Shown here piece after piece: positions 35,603-46,700 of a stretch of DNA of 64,000 nt. Numbering within the stretch: position 1 is the stretch's first letter; every line of letters starts with the position of its first letter. Origin of the DNA: Patescibacteria group bacterium (GTDB taxonomy: Bacteria; Patescibacteriota; Saccharimonadia; UBA4664; SCTI01); the NCBI GenBank assembly GCA_004297735.1, contig SCTI01000002.1, forward strand, positions 192,160-256,159. The letters run 5' to 3'. The notes beneath the pieces were generated by a model. The model was not told the DNA's origin and did not search any database. It saw only the letters and a list, made by a program, of their open reading frames with translations. Position numbers and translations under genes: made by a program.

Positions 35603-36406
35603 TTATGTTACCAACAGGTATAATCCTGCTGAATTTACATACCAGTGGATAATGTCGCCGCCCCACAAATAAGCCACCGTGGTCCCAGCCATCAAAAAAG
35701 GTCCAAAAGGTATATGGTCAGCCCTTTTTTTGCGTTTTACTAAAATTAGAAACACTCCCACTATGGCAGCAGCATTAAAGGCTACTAGCATGGCAAGAGC
35801 TGTTTTCTGCAAGCCTAATATCAATCCCATTATGAATGCTAGCTTAATATCGCCACCTCCCATCCACCTACCTCTGGATACCGCGGCTAAACTATAAAAA
35901 AAGCCTCCAAATATTAAGCCCGCGAGCAAAGGACCTATTAATACCTGCCAGGAGCCAGCTAAGTACGCATGGATGGCAGCCAATACTAATGCTGGTACGA
36001 TTAACGGCAAAAGTACGCTATCCGGCAACAGATACCACTTAAGGTCGTAGATGGACAGGATAATAAAGCTTGAAAGTATATATAGCCAAATTGCAAAAAG
36101 GGCCAACTCAAGTAAACCGGAAGGATGAAGCGCTAAATAAGATATGGCAAACAATATAGCTGTTGTTAACTCCGACAATGGATATTGGGGTGAAATTGGC
36201 TTTTTACATCCCCTGCACCTTCCCGATTGGGCAAGCCAACTGAATAGCGGTATTAATTCCATAGCGCCAAGCTTTTTATGGCAGTACGGACACTGTGAGC
36301 GCCCCCTTACAAAGTCTTTTCCTGCGTGAAGTCGCTCTACTACTACATTTAGGAAACTCCCAACAAAGAGTCCGCACGCGAACCATATTATCGTTATTAA
36401 AAGCAT
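35603..36406 (-). CDS. pilD: prepilin peptidase
   Basis: GSFLNVV, RSQCPYC..CRGC, YDL..LLPD, MGGGDIKL, IPFGPF. Confidence 0.93.
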   Translation of the reverse strand: MLLITIIWFACGLFVGSFLNVVVERLHAGKDFVRGRSQCPYCHKKLGAMELIPLFSWLAQSGRCRGCKKPISPQYPLSELTTAILFAISYLALHPSGLLELALFAIWLYILSSFIILSIYDLKWYLLPDSVLLPLIVPALVLAAIHAYLAGSWQVLIGPLLAGLIFGGFFYSLAAVSRGRWMGGGDIKLAFIMGLILGLQKTALAMLVAFNAAAIVGVFLILVKRKKRADHIPFGPFLMAGTTVAYLWGGDIIHWYVNSAGLYLLVT

Positions 36407-36422
36407 AACAATATTGTATACT

Positions 36423-36446
36423 AAAAACCGCCCGAAGGCGGTTTTT
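36423..36446. terminator. terminator after the major pilin gene
   Basis: AAAAACCGCC-cgaa-GGCGGTTTTT (TTCG loop on the minus strand). Confidence 0.8.
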
Positions 36447-36469
36447 AGAAAAAATACGTAAGTTGTTTA

Positions 36470-36910
36470 CTACTGGTTGTCTTGGCAGTAGTTCACACCA
36501 CTTTCGAGGCGAGTTACAACAGCGTATCGTCGGTTCTGGCCAGCGGCAGCCTGAGCGGCAGTACCAGCTGCGTTACAAACGTTAGCGGTTAGATATTGAA
36601 TCTGACCGGTAGCGGTTGGTACAGCGACTTGACCCGTATAGGCTGCACCGGTGGTTGGATCAACATCAGTAAATCCGTTTGGAATACTACCGTTTGCTGG
36701 ATAGTTACCGTTAGCATTTGCGGCAGACTGCTCAAGCTGAGATACAAATCGGCCAACTGCGGCGCGCCGTTCTTCGTCGCGGCGTGATTGCTGTGCACCA
36801 CCAACCGCAATCAGAATACCTGCCAGCACTAAGGCCGCAATCGCCAGTACGATGACGATTTCGATCAATGTGAAACCTTGTTTATTTGCTTTTACCATTA
36901 TTTTATTCAC
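36470..36910 (-). CDS. pilA: type IV major pilin candidate
   Basis: QGFTLIEIVIV, C-terminal Cys pair, strong SD TAAGGAGG, own promoter and terminator. Confidence 0.82.
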   Translation of the reverse strand: MNKIMVKANKQGFTLIEIVIVLAIAALVLAGILIAVGGAQQSRRDEERRAAVGRFVSQLEQSAANANGNYPANGSIPNGFTDVDPTTGAAYTGQVAVPTATGQIQYLTANVCNAAGTAAQAAAGQNRRYAVVTRLESGVNYCQDNQ

Positions 36911-36997
36911 CTCCTTAGTGATAGCAAAATTACTACTAATTACTCTTATGTTATCAATACGGTTATGCTTGTCAAGCTTTTTGTTGGTTTGGCTTGA

Positions 36998-38242
36998 CTA
37001 GTTGCCGCCTGGAGCAGGGGTACTGCTGCCAATGTCTCCGGCGCCGACCAGGCTATAAACCGGCCCCAGAACCGCCACCAACACCAAAGCAACTATTACA
37101 CCCAGAACCACCATCATAACCGGCTCAAGTGTGGTGGATAGGTTTTTAACGGCCTCATCAACATCATCCTCGAAATAGCGGGCGCAGCGATCGAGCATAT
37201 CGTCAATAGCCCCTGACTCCTCTCCTACACCAGCCATCTGGGCCACCAAGGGATGGAAGTGCGGCCTACGCTGTAGCGCCTTTGACAGCTCCTTACCGCC
37301 CCTAACATCCTTAATCGATTCGCCTATTTCGGAAGCTATTACTCGGTTTGACACTGCACGTTGAGTCGTCTCCATAGCTTGCAGCATTGGTATTCCGCTT
37401 GCAAGCAAGGTGTTCATTGTTCGACTAAAGCGTGCCATGTAAACCTTTTGAAACAACACTCCAAAAACCGGTATTTTTAACCTCATCCTATCAAGCTCCA
37501 ACCTAACCCTTTCTGTAGCCAAAACCTTTGACCCAAGATAGCCTAAAATGCCGAGCGCAATAAGGGCCGCCCACCAATACCCTAATAGAAAGTCTTTACC
37601 CCAAACCAGAAGCTGCGTATAAATAGGCAGGTCTTTATGCAGGTCTTTGTAAAGTTTTTGTACTTGAGGCACAACCGTAACCAACATAAACCCTACCACC
37701 AAACCAATTACCACCAATACGATAACCGGATAGACTAGGGCGCTACGAATCTTTGAAATGATTGCAGCATCTTTTTCCTGCTGATTAGCCAAACGTAGTA
37801 GAGCCTTATCGAGGGTACCAGATGTTTCGCCGGCAGCTACTAGGGCAATATAAATTTCATTAAAGACTTTTGGGTGTTTTGAAAAAGCATCGGATAGTGT
37901 GGATCCCCCTTCTACCGAAGCTATAACCTCAGCTATAACGCTTTTAAACTTTTTATTTGACAGCTGCTCTTCGGCTGAACGTAAGGCGCGAGTTAGCGGT
38001 AGCCCAGCATTAATCAGGGTTGAGAGCTGGCGCGTAAAAATGACTCTGTCTTTAAGAGTTATCCTCCCACCGAAACCTAAGCGCGATAATATGTTGCTTT
38101 TATCCTCAGGTACAATACTGACCGCAAACAATCCCCTTTCCGCCAATAGCTTAGCGGCAGCCTGGGTACTTTCGGCTTTAACATTCGCCTTAACAACCTC
38201 TCCCGTTTGGCGATTTTTTGCGGTATAAACGTAGGTAATCAC
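36998..38242 (-). CDS. pilC: type IV pilus platform protein PilC (GspF family)
   Basis: FTRQLSTLINAGLPL, GETSGTLD, GEESG. Confidence 0.92.
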   Translation of the reverse strand: MITYVYTAKNRQTGEVVKANVKAESTQAAAKLLAERGLFAVSIVPEDKSNILSRLGFGGRITLKDRVIFTRQLSTLINAGLPLTRALRSAEEQLSNKKFKSVIAEVIASVEGGSTLSDAFSKHPKVFNEIYIALVAAGETSGTLDKALLRLANQQEKDAAIISKIRSALVYPVIVLVVIGLVVGFMLVTVVPQVQKLYKDLHKDLPIYTQLLVWGKDFLLGYWWAALIALGILGYLGSKVLATERVRLELDRMRLKIPVFGVLFQKVYMARFSRTMNTLLASGIPMLQAMETTQRAVSNRVIASEIGESIKDVRGGKELSKALQRRPHFHPLVAQMAGVGEESGAIDDMLDRCARYFEDDVDEAVKNLSTTLEPVMMVVLGVIVALVLVAVLGPVYSLVGAGDIGSSTPAPGGN

Positions 38243-38245
38243 GTC

Positions 38246-39316
38246 TTAAGCCTTCATTAGGCGGTCAAGCTCTTGCATATCAACAGCAAAGTTCTTGGCC
38301 TCATCATAGGTGATCTTGCCTTCGTGAATCAGCTTGACCAAGGTGGCATCCATAGCCTGCATCCCCTCTTTGCCGCCGGTTTGAATCACCGATTCCAGCT
38401 GATGGGTCTTGCCTTCACGAATAATGTTGCGAGCGGCCGGGGTAACCACAAAGATTTCGGAGGCAGCAATACGACCCCCGCCAATGGTCGGGACCAGGCG
38501 CTGTGAGCAAATCGCCTGCAGCATGCCGGCAACCTGAACTCGAATCTGCTGCTGCTGATGAGGTGGAAACACATCGATCATACGGTCAACCGACTGGGCG
38601 GCGCTGTTGGTATGCAGGGTCGCCAGCACCAAGTGACCGGTCTCAGCTAGGGTAATAGCCGCGCTGATGGTCTCGAGGTCGCGCATCTCACCAACCAGTA
38701 CCACATCGGGGTCTTGGCGCAGGCTTGAGCGCAGGGCGGCGCCAAACGAGTAGGTATCGTAGTGAATCTCACGCTGGACCACAATCGACTTCTTGGAATG
38801 ATGAGCATACTCGATTGGATCCTCAATGGTAATAATGTGCTTTGAGGTGTTGCTGTTAATCTGGTCAACAATTGCCGCCAGCGTGGTCGACTTACCCGAA
38901 CCGGTCGGACCAGTTACCAACACCAAACCTCGGGGATAGTTGGCGAAGGTGCTAACCACCTTTGGCATACCCAGCTCCTCGAGAGTACGAATCTTGGTTG
39001 GAATTAAGCGCATCGCCGCCGCGACATTCCCCTTTTCGTGGAAAGCGTTGACGCGAAAACGACCATAGTCGCCAAAACTAAAGCTAAAGTCGACCTCTTT
39101 GTCTTTTTCAAAAATCTGCTTTTGATCATCATCCATGATCGAATCAACAATCTTGGCGGTGTCGTTGTCATCAAGTACCGGCGTATCATCAACCGGTTTA
39201 AGCGCCCCATCGATGCGCAGCATTGGCGCTAGACCGACTTGAATGTGCAGGTCGGAGGCGTCATGCTTGACCACCTCTTCGAGTAACAGTTCGATTTTGG
39301 GAGTTCGTTTTTCCAT
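38246..39316 (-). CDS. pilT: retraction ATPase PilT
   Basis: GPTGSGKSTT, EDPIEY, LRQDPDV, AETGHLV, ARNIIRE. Confidence 0.94.
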   Translation of the reverse strand: MEKRTPKIELLLEEVVKHDASDLHIQVGLAPMLRIDGALKPVDDTPVLDDNDTAKIVDSIMDDDQKQIFEKDKEVDFSFSFGDYGRFRVNAFHEKGNVAAAMRLIPTKIRTLEELGMPKVVSTFANYPRGLVLVTGPTGSGKSTTLAAIVDQINSNTSKHIITIEDPIEYAHHSKKSIVVQREIHYDTYSFGAALRSSLRQDPDVVLVGEMRDLETISAAITLAETGHLVLATLHTNSAAQSVDRMIDVFPPHQQQQIRVQVAGMLQAICSQRLVPTIGGGRIAASEIFVVTPAARNIIREGKTHQLESVIQTGGKEGMQAMDATLVKLIHEGKITYDEAKNFAVDMQELDRLMKA

Positions 39317-39326
39317 ATGATTCCTT

Positions 39327-41099
39327 TTAGAAGTCCGATGCCACCCGCGCTACCTCGCTCAGCGTGGTAACACCGTTGAGCACCTTAAGGTAGCCATCTT
39401 GCTTCATTGTGACCATGCCCTGCTCCTGAGCCAGGTTCTGCACCTGAGTGGTAGTTGCCTGGCTGGTAAGCAGCTTCTCCATCTCTGGCGTCATGGCAAA
39501 GACCTCGTAGATACCGACTCGACCTTTGTAGCCGTCTTTACAGTCCTTGCATCCTTGGCCCTCAAATAAAGTATAAGCGTTTTGACCGGGAGAGGGCAAG
39601 ACATCATAGCCAATATCTTTTTTGGCTTGATCGGGATCCTTCTTTACCCGCTCGATAATAGCCGACAAGGTCTTGTTGATCGACTCGGCTTCGGCCTGGG
39701 TGGCTTTGCGCTCTTTCTTGCAGGTCGGGCACACCCGCCGCACCAAACGCTGGCCAATCACGGTGTTAACGGTTGAACCCACCAGGAATGGCTCCACCTT
39801 CATGTCGAGCAGACGCGGCAGCACTCCGGCGGCGCTGTTGGTGTGAATGGTCGACAGCACGATGTGGCCGGTCAAAGCCGCCTGAACCGCCAAGTTGGCG
39901 GTCTCGCCGTCGCGAATCTCCCCCACCATCACCACGTTAGGGTCCTGGCGCAGGATTGAACGCAGTCCGCTGGCAAAGGTCAGCCCTACATCGGAATTAA
40001 CCTGAATCTGGTTGATTCCATCCATTTTGTATTCAACCGGGTCTTCAAGAGTGACAATATTAACCTTAACGTCCTTAATTTCCATGATTGAGGCATACAG
40101 TGTGGTCGACTTACCGGAACCGGTCGGTCCGGTGGCTAAGACCATGCCGTGTGGCTTGTGAATACCCTCCTTGATTCGCTGATAAGCAATTCCAGAAAAA
40201 CCAAGGTTTTCCAAGGTCAACAGTGTGTTGTCCTTATCGAGCAGTCGGATAACCACCTGCTCGCCAAAGGTGATTGGGGCAATAGCAATACGCAAGTCAA
40301 CAAACTTTTTGCCAGCATGAACCTGAAAACTACCGTCTTGCGGAATGCGATGTTCATCGATTTTGAGATTAGACAGAATCTTAATGCGCGAAATTAGGGC
40401 CGGCTCAATGCTCTTGGGTAGCTTCATTGTCTCTTGCAGTACGCCATCGATGCGAAAGCGAATACGCAGATCTTTTTCGCGTGGCTCAATGTGAATATCG
40501 GAGGCCCGGCTGTTAACGGCGTATTCCAAAATAGTACTAAGCGCGCGACTGATTGGCGCATCTTGTACCAAGGTTTGAATCGAAGTTGTTCCCTCTCTCT
40601 TAGCGTCAGCCAGGTTTTCAGCATCAACGGTTTGAATCGCCTTTTTGATGTCACCCGAGATTTCGGCACTGTACTGCAGCAACACCGCATCAATGCTGGC
40701 TTGCGAGGCCATAAAGGTCACAATCTGCTCGCCAACCTTGCGGCTAAGGAAGTCGACTGCCTGGATGTTGGTCGGGTCCAGCATAGCCACCGCTAAGCGA
40801 CCCTGCACGCGCCCAAACGGCACGCTGTGGTAGCCCTCTGCTACTTCGCGATTAAGCCGATTGAGGACATCAGCGGAAACTACAACTCCAGCCAGGTTAA
40901 CGTACTGCAAGCCGTTCGCCATGGCCTGGTATCGAACCATGGTCTCCTCGTCAATGATGCCGGCTTTCTGAATAACAGCCAAGAGGGGCTCATTATCTTG
41001 AATTGCCTGAAGTTTAAAATCATCGAGCTGCTTCGAAGTTAGCACGTTGCGTTCAAGCAGCAGCTCTTCTAAGTTTTGCTGGGTTTTAGCCGAAAGCAT
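39327..41099 (-). CDS. pilB: assembly ATPase PilB (GspE family)
   Basis: ASDIHIEP, GPTGSGKSTT, LRQDPNV, CPTC..CKDC, YKGRVGIYE. Confidence 0.93.
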   Translation of the reverse strand: MLSAKTQQNLEELLLERNVLTSKQLDDFKLQAIQDNEPLLAVIQKAGIIDEETMVRYQAMANGLQYVNLAGVVVSADVLNRLNREVAEGYHSVPFGRVQGRLAVAMLDPTNIQAVDFLSRKVGEQIVTFMASQASIDAVLLQYSAEISGDIKKAIQTVDAENLADAKREGTTSIQTLVQDAPISRALSTILEYAVNSRASDIHIEPREKDLRIRFRIDGVLQETMKLPKSIEPALISRIKILSNLKIDEHRIPQDGSFQVHAGKKFVDLRIAIAPITFGEQVVIRLLDKDNTLLTLENLGFSGIAYQRIKEGIHKPHGMVLATGPTGSGKSTTLYASIMEIKDVKVNIVTLEDPVEYKMDGINQIQVNSDVGLTFASGLRSILRQDPNVVMVGEIRDGETANLAVQAALTGHIVLSTIHTNSAAGVLPRLLDMKVEPFLVGSTVNTVIGQRLVRRVCPTCKKERKATQAEAESINKTLSAIIERVKKDPDQAKKDIGYDVLPSPGQNAYTLFEGQGCKDCKDGYKGRVGIYEVFAMTPEMEKLLTSQATTTQVQNLAQEQGMVTMKQDGYLKVLNGVTTLSEVARVASDF

Positions 41100-41113
41100 T
41101 TCCGCCCCCGATA

Positions 41114-41377
41114 CTACAGTCCGCCAAATGGCGACCGGTTACCAACGCCATTCTTCAGATCTGGCTTGGCATAAAAGTTCTTAGCCTCATTAGCATCTTT
41201 TAACTTACTCATTGCACTACTGCTGTAGTCCGACTCAATCATGGTAATAACCTCGTAAGTCATCCCCTTGTTTGCTGCGGCTCCCTTTTTAGGTGTAAGT
41301 TGAGTGAAAATAAGCAGGCCGGCCACAAACAGTATGGCAATCGCAACAAAGAGCTGAATAATTTGTTTGGTCTTCAT
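41114..41377 (-). CDS. small single-TM pilus accessory protein (PilP position)
   Basis: N-terminal TM; C-terminal GNRSPF; sits between the pilO-like gene and pilB. Confidence 0.6.
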   Translation of the reverse strand: MKTKQIIQLFVAIAILFVAGLLIFTQLTPKKGAAANKGMTYEVITMIESDYSSSAMSKLKDANEAKNFYAKPDLKNGVGNRSPFGGL

Positions 41378-42069
41378 TATTGCACCACCTTCTCTTTATC
41401 ACTGTAGTCGGCCTCGCCCTGATAGAAAGTCTCGAGCGTGATATCTCCCTTGAGGGAACCGCTGTTGCCTTTTAGGTTGAACGACTGGACCCTGATCGGG
41501 CGCACCGACAGCTCAAGATTGCGGAAGTACTGAGTAAATTGTGAGTAGTTACCCTCAATTACGGCTGCCGCCTTAACCGACTGGGGAGCATTATTTGCCG
41601 ACTGCTGACCACTACTATCCTGAGTCGTTGCTACTGCCGGCTGAGCTGAAGCGGCTGCACTTGAACCGGTTGTACTCGCATCGGTTAAGATGTTGGTTAT
41701 TGATTTCATCCTGGTACCCGCGCTAGTGTTAGCGGTCTCCATTAAGCTCATTAGCTGAGTGAAGTCAGGACTGTCGGGAAGCGCAGCCTCGATTAAATCT
41801 TTGTCTTGGCTGCTCATTCTGCCGTAGTTATCAACTAGGGAATGAGCATTTTCTAACTTTTTACCAATTTCTGACTGAGCCTTCAATTTACCCACTAAAA
41901 CCTGCCCGTTACGAATATTCTCCTTAACCATAACGTAGCCAAAGTAGCCACCAGCAAAAATCACCAATATAGTAATAGCTGCCATCGCCATTATGTAATT
42001 AGTCACTGAAAGCTCTTTCCTGGATTCAATATGCTTAGCGGTTTTAGCTTGCGCTTGCTTAGTTGCCAT
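41377..42069 (-). CDS. pilO: PilO-like protein
   Basis: TM, ALP..PD, GNY.QF..Y..NLE...RPI; synteny. Confidence 0.7.
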   Translation of the reverse strand: MATKQAQAKTAKHIESRKELSVTNYIMAMAAITILVIFAGGYFGYVMVKENIRNGQVLVGKLKAQSEIGKKLENAHSLVDNYGRMSSQDKDLIEAALPDSPDFTQLMSLMETANTSAGTRMKSITNILTDASTTGSSAAASAQPAVATTQDSSGQQSANNAPQSVKAAAVIEGNYSQFTQYFRNLELSVRPIRVQSFNLKGNSGSLKGDITLETFYQGEADYSDKEKVVQ

Positions 42070-42643
42070 TGGTCACCTCTTCCGCTAACTGAGCAGTTAG
42101 CTCAAAGCTAATTTTGCCGTCTTCCTCTGAGGCAGAATTTACAGTTACCTGAGTGAATAGTGGGTTGTTTGTGCTTGAAGCATTCGGCCCAATTTCAATA
42201 TTTGCCGCCTCAAAAGCCTTAACCATCTTATCAACCAAGGCATAATTCCTTGATTCGCCGTTAATTTTTAGCAGGGTTGTGCCAGAAAGTTCAATCTGCG
42301 CAATGCGAATTCCCTGTGGTTGAAACTCCTCTAATATGGCAAAGAAGCGGCTAATGCGAACCTTCTTGCTAACCAATTCCTCCCAGCTGTTAAGGTGATA
42401 CTGAGCGGTAACCGCTTTCTTAAGATCGGGAATATTGTTAATTTCATTTTGCTTAGACTTAATGTCATTCGAGGCTAGTGCAATAGCCCCCTTTTGGGCG
42501 CCAAGGATTAGCAGCATGACTAAAACGAAACCGCCAACAGCGATACTGGTTATGGTTGCAACCGAAGCTGCAATTCGCTTGTTGCGCTTGTCGCTTTGGT
42601 GTTTTTGATAAACCTCTGGAGCAAGGTTAATTCGAGCGCTCAT
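42059..42643 (-). CDS. pilN: PilN-like protein
   Basis: N-terminal INL.P motif and TM; follows pilM. Confidence 0.75.
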   Translation of the reverse strand: MSARINLAPEVYQKHQSDKRNKRIAASVATITSIAVGGFVLVMLLILGAQKGAIALASNDIKSKQNEINNIPDLKKAVTAQYHLNSWEELVSKKVRISRFFAILEEFQPQGIRIAQIELSGTTLLKINGESRNYALVDKMVKAFEAANIEIGPNASSTNNPLFTQVTVNSASEEDGKISFELTAQLAEEVTNGN

Positions 42644-43680
42644 CCCAACATGTCCCTTTCTGCTAAGCCCGCCGCCACGCCGTACTGCGTAGAAATACCC
42701 ATAAGCGTATCCTGCAACTGAGCTTGATACCCAATCTTAATCCAAGCGTTGCCGATCTCAACACTCAACCCGGTAGCAGTCGACAAATAGGTCGGTAGTT
42801 CCGGTAGGGCGGTTGCACCTCCGCTAAGAACGATTTTCTCTAATTTTACATCTGGATACTGACCAAGAAAGAACTTAATTGACTTATCAATTTCGGAGAC
42901 AAGCTGGTCAAGACTGGGCTTAATCGACTTATAAACCTGGCCCTCTAGTTTGGTTTGCGTCAGCCCAAACTTCTTAGTAAACTGGTCGGCCTGAGCTTCA
43001 TCCAAGCCTAAATTTTGCCCAACCGACTTGATAAAGGTTGTGCCTCCTACGTTTACTGAGCGAAGTAGTTTGGGTAGATTTGAGTGGACTATCGTAATAT
43101 CCGTTGCGATACTACCAATATCCAGTACTAGCACCGCCAGATCACTTGGCTGCACCACAGCCCTAGCCAGGGCAACAGCGTTGGGCTCTAGGGCCATTAA
43201 CTCAAGTCCAGCTTGTTGAAAAATACTAACGTATTTTTCAGTCACCGTATTTGGAGCAGCTACTAGTAAAACCTCTTGCTCTTGCTCGCTCTTACCAGGG
43301 CCGATAACCACCCAATCGATCTTAATATCCTTATAGTCCATTGGGATGTACTGATCAGCCTGCAACTGGATCGCCTTAGCTAGCTCAGAGTGATTAAGCT
43401 TTGGTGTAGTAATAACACTAGAAAAAACTTTCGAGGATGGAACTCCAGCTATTACATACTTAGTGCTAACTTGAGCGTCTTTGACCAACTGTTTAACCGC
43501 GGCGGCAACCTCTGCAATATCCGAAGGCGAATCGCTTGTGGTCAAACCTGTGCGCAGCTCGATATGACCATAAGTTACAAGTGCGGGTTTTTGGCCAGCC
43601 TTCTTAAGCTGGACCAGTCGTATACCGCCCGAACCAATATCAATACCGAAATATTCAACTTCTTGTTTGAATAGCCCCAT
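42640..43680 (-). CDS. pilM: type IV pilus assembly protein PilM
   Basis: FGIDIGS, VLDIGS, LSGGA actin-like motifs. Confidence 0.92.
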   Translation of the reverse strand: MGLFKQEVEYFGIDIGSGGIRLVQLKKAGQKPALVTYGHIELRTGLTTSDSPSDIAEVAAAVKQLVKDAQVSTKYVIAGVPSSKVFSSVITTPKLNHSELAKAIQLQADQYIPMDYKDIKIDWVVIGPGKSEQEQEVLLVAAPNTVTEKYVSIFQQAGLELMALEPNAVALARAVVQPSDLAVLVLDIGSIATDITIVHSNLPKLLRSVNVGGTTFIKSVGQNLGLDEAQADQFTKKFGLTQTKLEGQVYKSIKPSLDQLVSEIDKSIKFFLGQYPDVKLEKIVLSGGATALPELPTYLSTATGLSVEIGNAWIKIGYQAQLQDTLMGISTQYGVAAGLAERDMLG

Positions 43681-43738
43681 TTGACTTCAGTATAGCAATA
43701 GCGCTTACGCTTGCAAAGGCTTTTATACTACTTCCCTT

Positions 43739-46700
43739 CTAGAACCGAGGCTGTCGTTCGCCCTGATAGTTAGTGCGCACATATTGGGCCGCGAGATCGC
43801 TAAATGCGGGTGGCGTTGCTAGAATTAAGCGATTTGAGAAAACAATTTCCTCTGACTTAATTGATGGTTGATCGGGAGCGCTCTTAGGCACTCGGTTGAA
43901 GCGGAAAGACCGCCCAAACATGATGCCGTTAACTCTCAGGTTGTTACTGCATTGAGTAACACTATACCCAGCTGTAGGCGGGATCTGTAAATCTGCAACC
44001 CCATCCACCTTGTAGCCACGACTCAATGTTTTAATGTTGGTTCCAGCGGTGACTGGTGGGGTTACCTGGGCGGAGCAGGTATTAATAGTCCCACCCGTCA
44101 AGGTTCGTCCCTGTGCATAATAATAGCCGTCCAAGCGCGTAACCGCAGGATCAACGTAGATATTTCCTGTAACTACCACCCCAAATGAAGGGCTCACTCC
44201 AAATTTATTGCCATCTGCATCCTGGTACCTGACATTACCGGCGATATAGAGGTCTCCATCAACATAAAGTGTCCAGCGCTTGTTAATCACTGTGTCGCTA
44301 CTACTACCCACCGAACCATTGGTAAGACCAGATCCATTTAGGGCGGTGTTGCTTCCCAACACAAACCTGGAACCTGGTGACGGAGAGTTAAAGGTCATGA
44401 TTTTGTTATTGATATCCGGCAGGCTTGTATCTGATCCACTAAAGCTACTGCGTGCTGGCCCCCTATAGGCGCCGCCAGGCCTTACTAGCAAAGACTCAGA
44501 CCGCTGGGCCAAATCAGGGCGGCACTGGGCGGCAGTTGGGCCACTCGCGGTTATTCCCGATAATGAATCGAGGTTAATTGGGCCATCCGGATCCACCGTG
44601 GATACCATAAACCAGCCGTTGCCCCTGCCTCCACTTGGGTTATTTTTAAGCGTGTAATCACCAATTGAGTCAAGCGTACAGGGACCTGCTGTATTAGCGC
44701 TTACTCCCCCACCAGCTTGAATTCCACCTAAAGCTGTATCGTAAAATGGCTGGTCAATTTTTACTCGCCGAAAATCAACCGTATTAGAAGTAGCGCATGA
44801 CTCTGGATACCCGGATGGCACTGGCGAAAGCCAGTACTCCTTCCAGCAGACTCTGGCATTGTTGCTAATTACTGAGCCGTATGGCAGATTGTTGCTATTG
44901 TTAAATGCGACCCTAAAACGATACTCGGGTGTGTCAAAGCTTTCCAGCGGCGTTGCGGCGGCGGCGCAGTTATTTTCCGGCCAGCGCTGCAAACAAGTTA
45001 TACCCCATCTCAATAGTCCACCAGGATTATCGTCACCGGCGCTGTAGTTATAGTTTCTGTCTGGCTGATAGCCGCCTGCCATAGCCGACATATTAGTACT
45101 TAGTCCGCTAGTCGCCTGATCGCGCACATAGTACTCGATTGGTCCAGCGGTTAGGTCTGGAAATGCCCTAATCTTCATAATTGCCTGGCTATAACTTGGC
45201 AAGTCGGTTCGCTCAGACCATATGTAGCTTTGATACGGGATGCCGCATGCGCTACCCGCACTGGTTCCATTAGGGTCAAACTCCGCCAATGCCGATTTAG
45301 ATACACAGCTAACAGCGCCTGGTATGGGGTGGTACGTATTATTAGATAGGGATGAAGATGGCGGATCGCTGGCTAAACTAGAAATTGCTGAATTATTGTT
45401 CATCTGTACGGCAGCCCAGTTGGTTACCCCCTGCAAGCCTACCGATTTGTTTTCGCACCCGGCATAGACTCCCGGCTGACTAAAATCGGCTCCGTACTCG
45501 GGGTGATCCACGCCAAGCCACCAGGCGCCCTGGTAAAAACGAGTGGTAGTACAGTAGTTACCGGTCGAAGTAGACATATACACCCCTACGTCTTTAGCCT
45601 GTTTGACAAAGCCATGCCAGCGAATCGTCAATGTGCTATAAGCCGGCATTTTGCTTAGTTGAAAAGCTATACGAGGTGGACTATTCACTCCACCCACCGA
45701 GGTGGCGCAGCTAGCGCTAGCAAGGTGAGTTGGTGAGCCATCACCATAGACTAAAGGAGTACCCAGTGACGGGCAAACACCGAGCCCAGTACCGTATGGA
45801 TTAGCACTCCACCCTCCGGGCCTCTCAGTGCCAGTAGGACCGTTATTGGTCGCTAAATCTATACCATCAATAGCTATATTTTGGCGCATATTGAGCGGAA
45901 CCCAATCGTCAAAACGGACGTTCGGTAGGTTAGCATCAAGGTTATTGGTTAGCGTTACGGTGTAATCAATTCTATCGCCCGGCTTTACGCTTGTGCCGGT
46001 GCCAGGTGAGGCGGTTTTCGTAATACCAGGATTTTGTGCTATTGGCTCATAGACAAAATTGAAGCCACCGCAAGGGTTTATGATACATGCATTGACCGAA
46101 TTCCCTAGATAAGAGGAGGGGCTTGGTGAATTATAGTTTGTACCCCCCGATGAGGTACTACCCGGTGGTGATAAACAGGTATTTTGGCCAACTGTGGTAT
46201 CAAACTGATAAACTCCGGCCGAATTAGTTGTGGCTGTTTGATTATGTGCCGGATCAAGATCACAATTCCTATTGTAGGTAATGGGTATTCCACCTAGGCC
46301 TTTACCGGTAGCATTAGTGGTAGAAGATGTGGCCTGGCCCTGGACCGTACGCCTCACAACTTTATAGCATTGTCGCTTCGATTTCTTAGCAATCTGGGCA
46401 AGTGAGGTTGTGTAATCATATCCGTCATATTGGACGCTTATATTTGTACGTAAACAAAATAAACCATCCACTCCGCCCGGTATTTTATTAGATAATTTCA
46501 TCCTAAAATGAAAGCGTGGATTTTTTTGATTAAAATTAGCAGGCAGGTTGTTAAGCTTCCATACCATCATTTTACCCTCGGCGCCACAGTTGACCTGGGC
46601 TTCGTCCGAAGCAAGCGTTGAGTACGGACTGGCATTTTGTGATCCAGTAGCAATACCGTCATAAGGCAAAAGCGGATTTATTATACGAGTTGAACTGTAT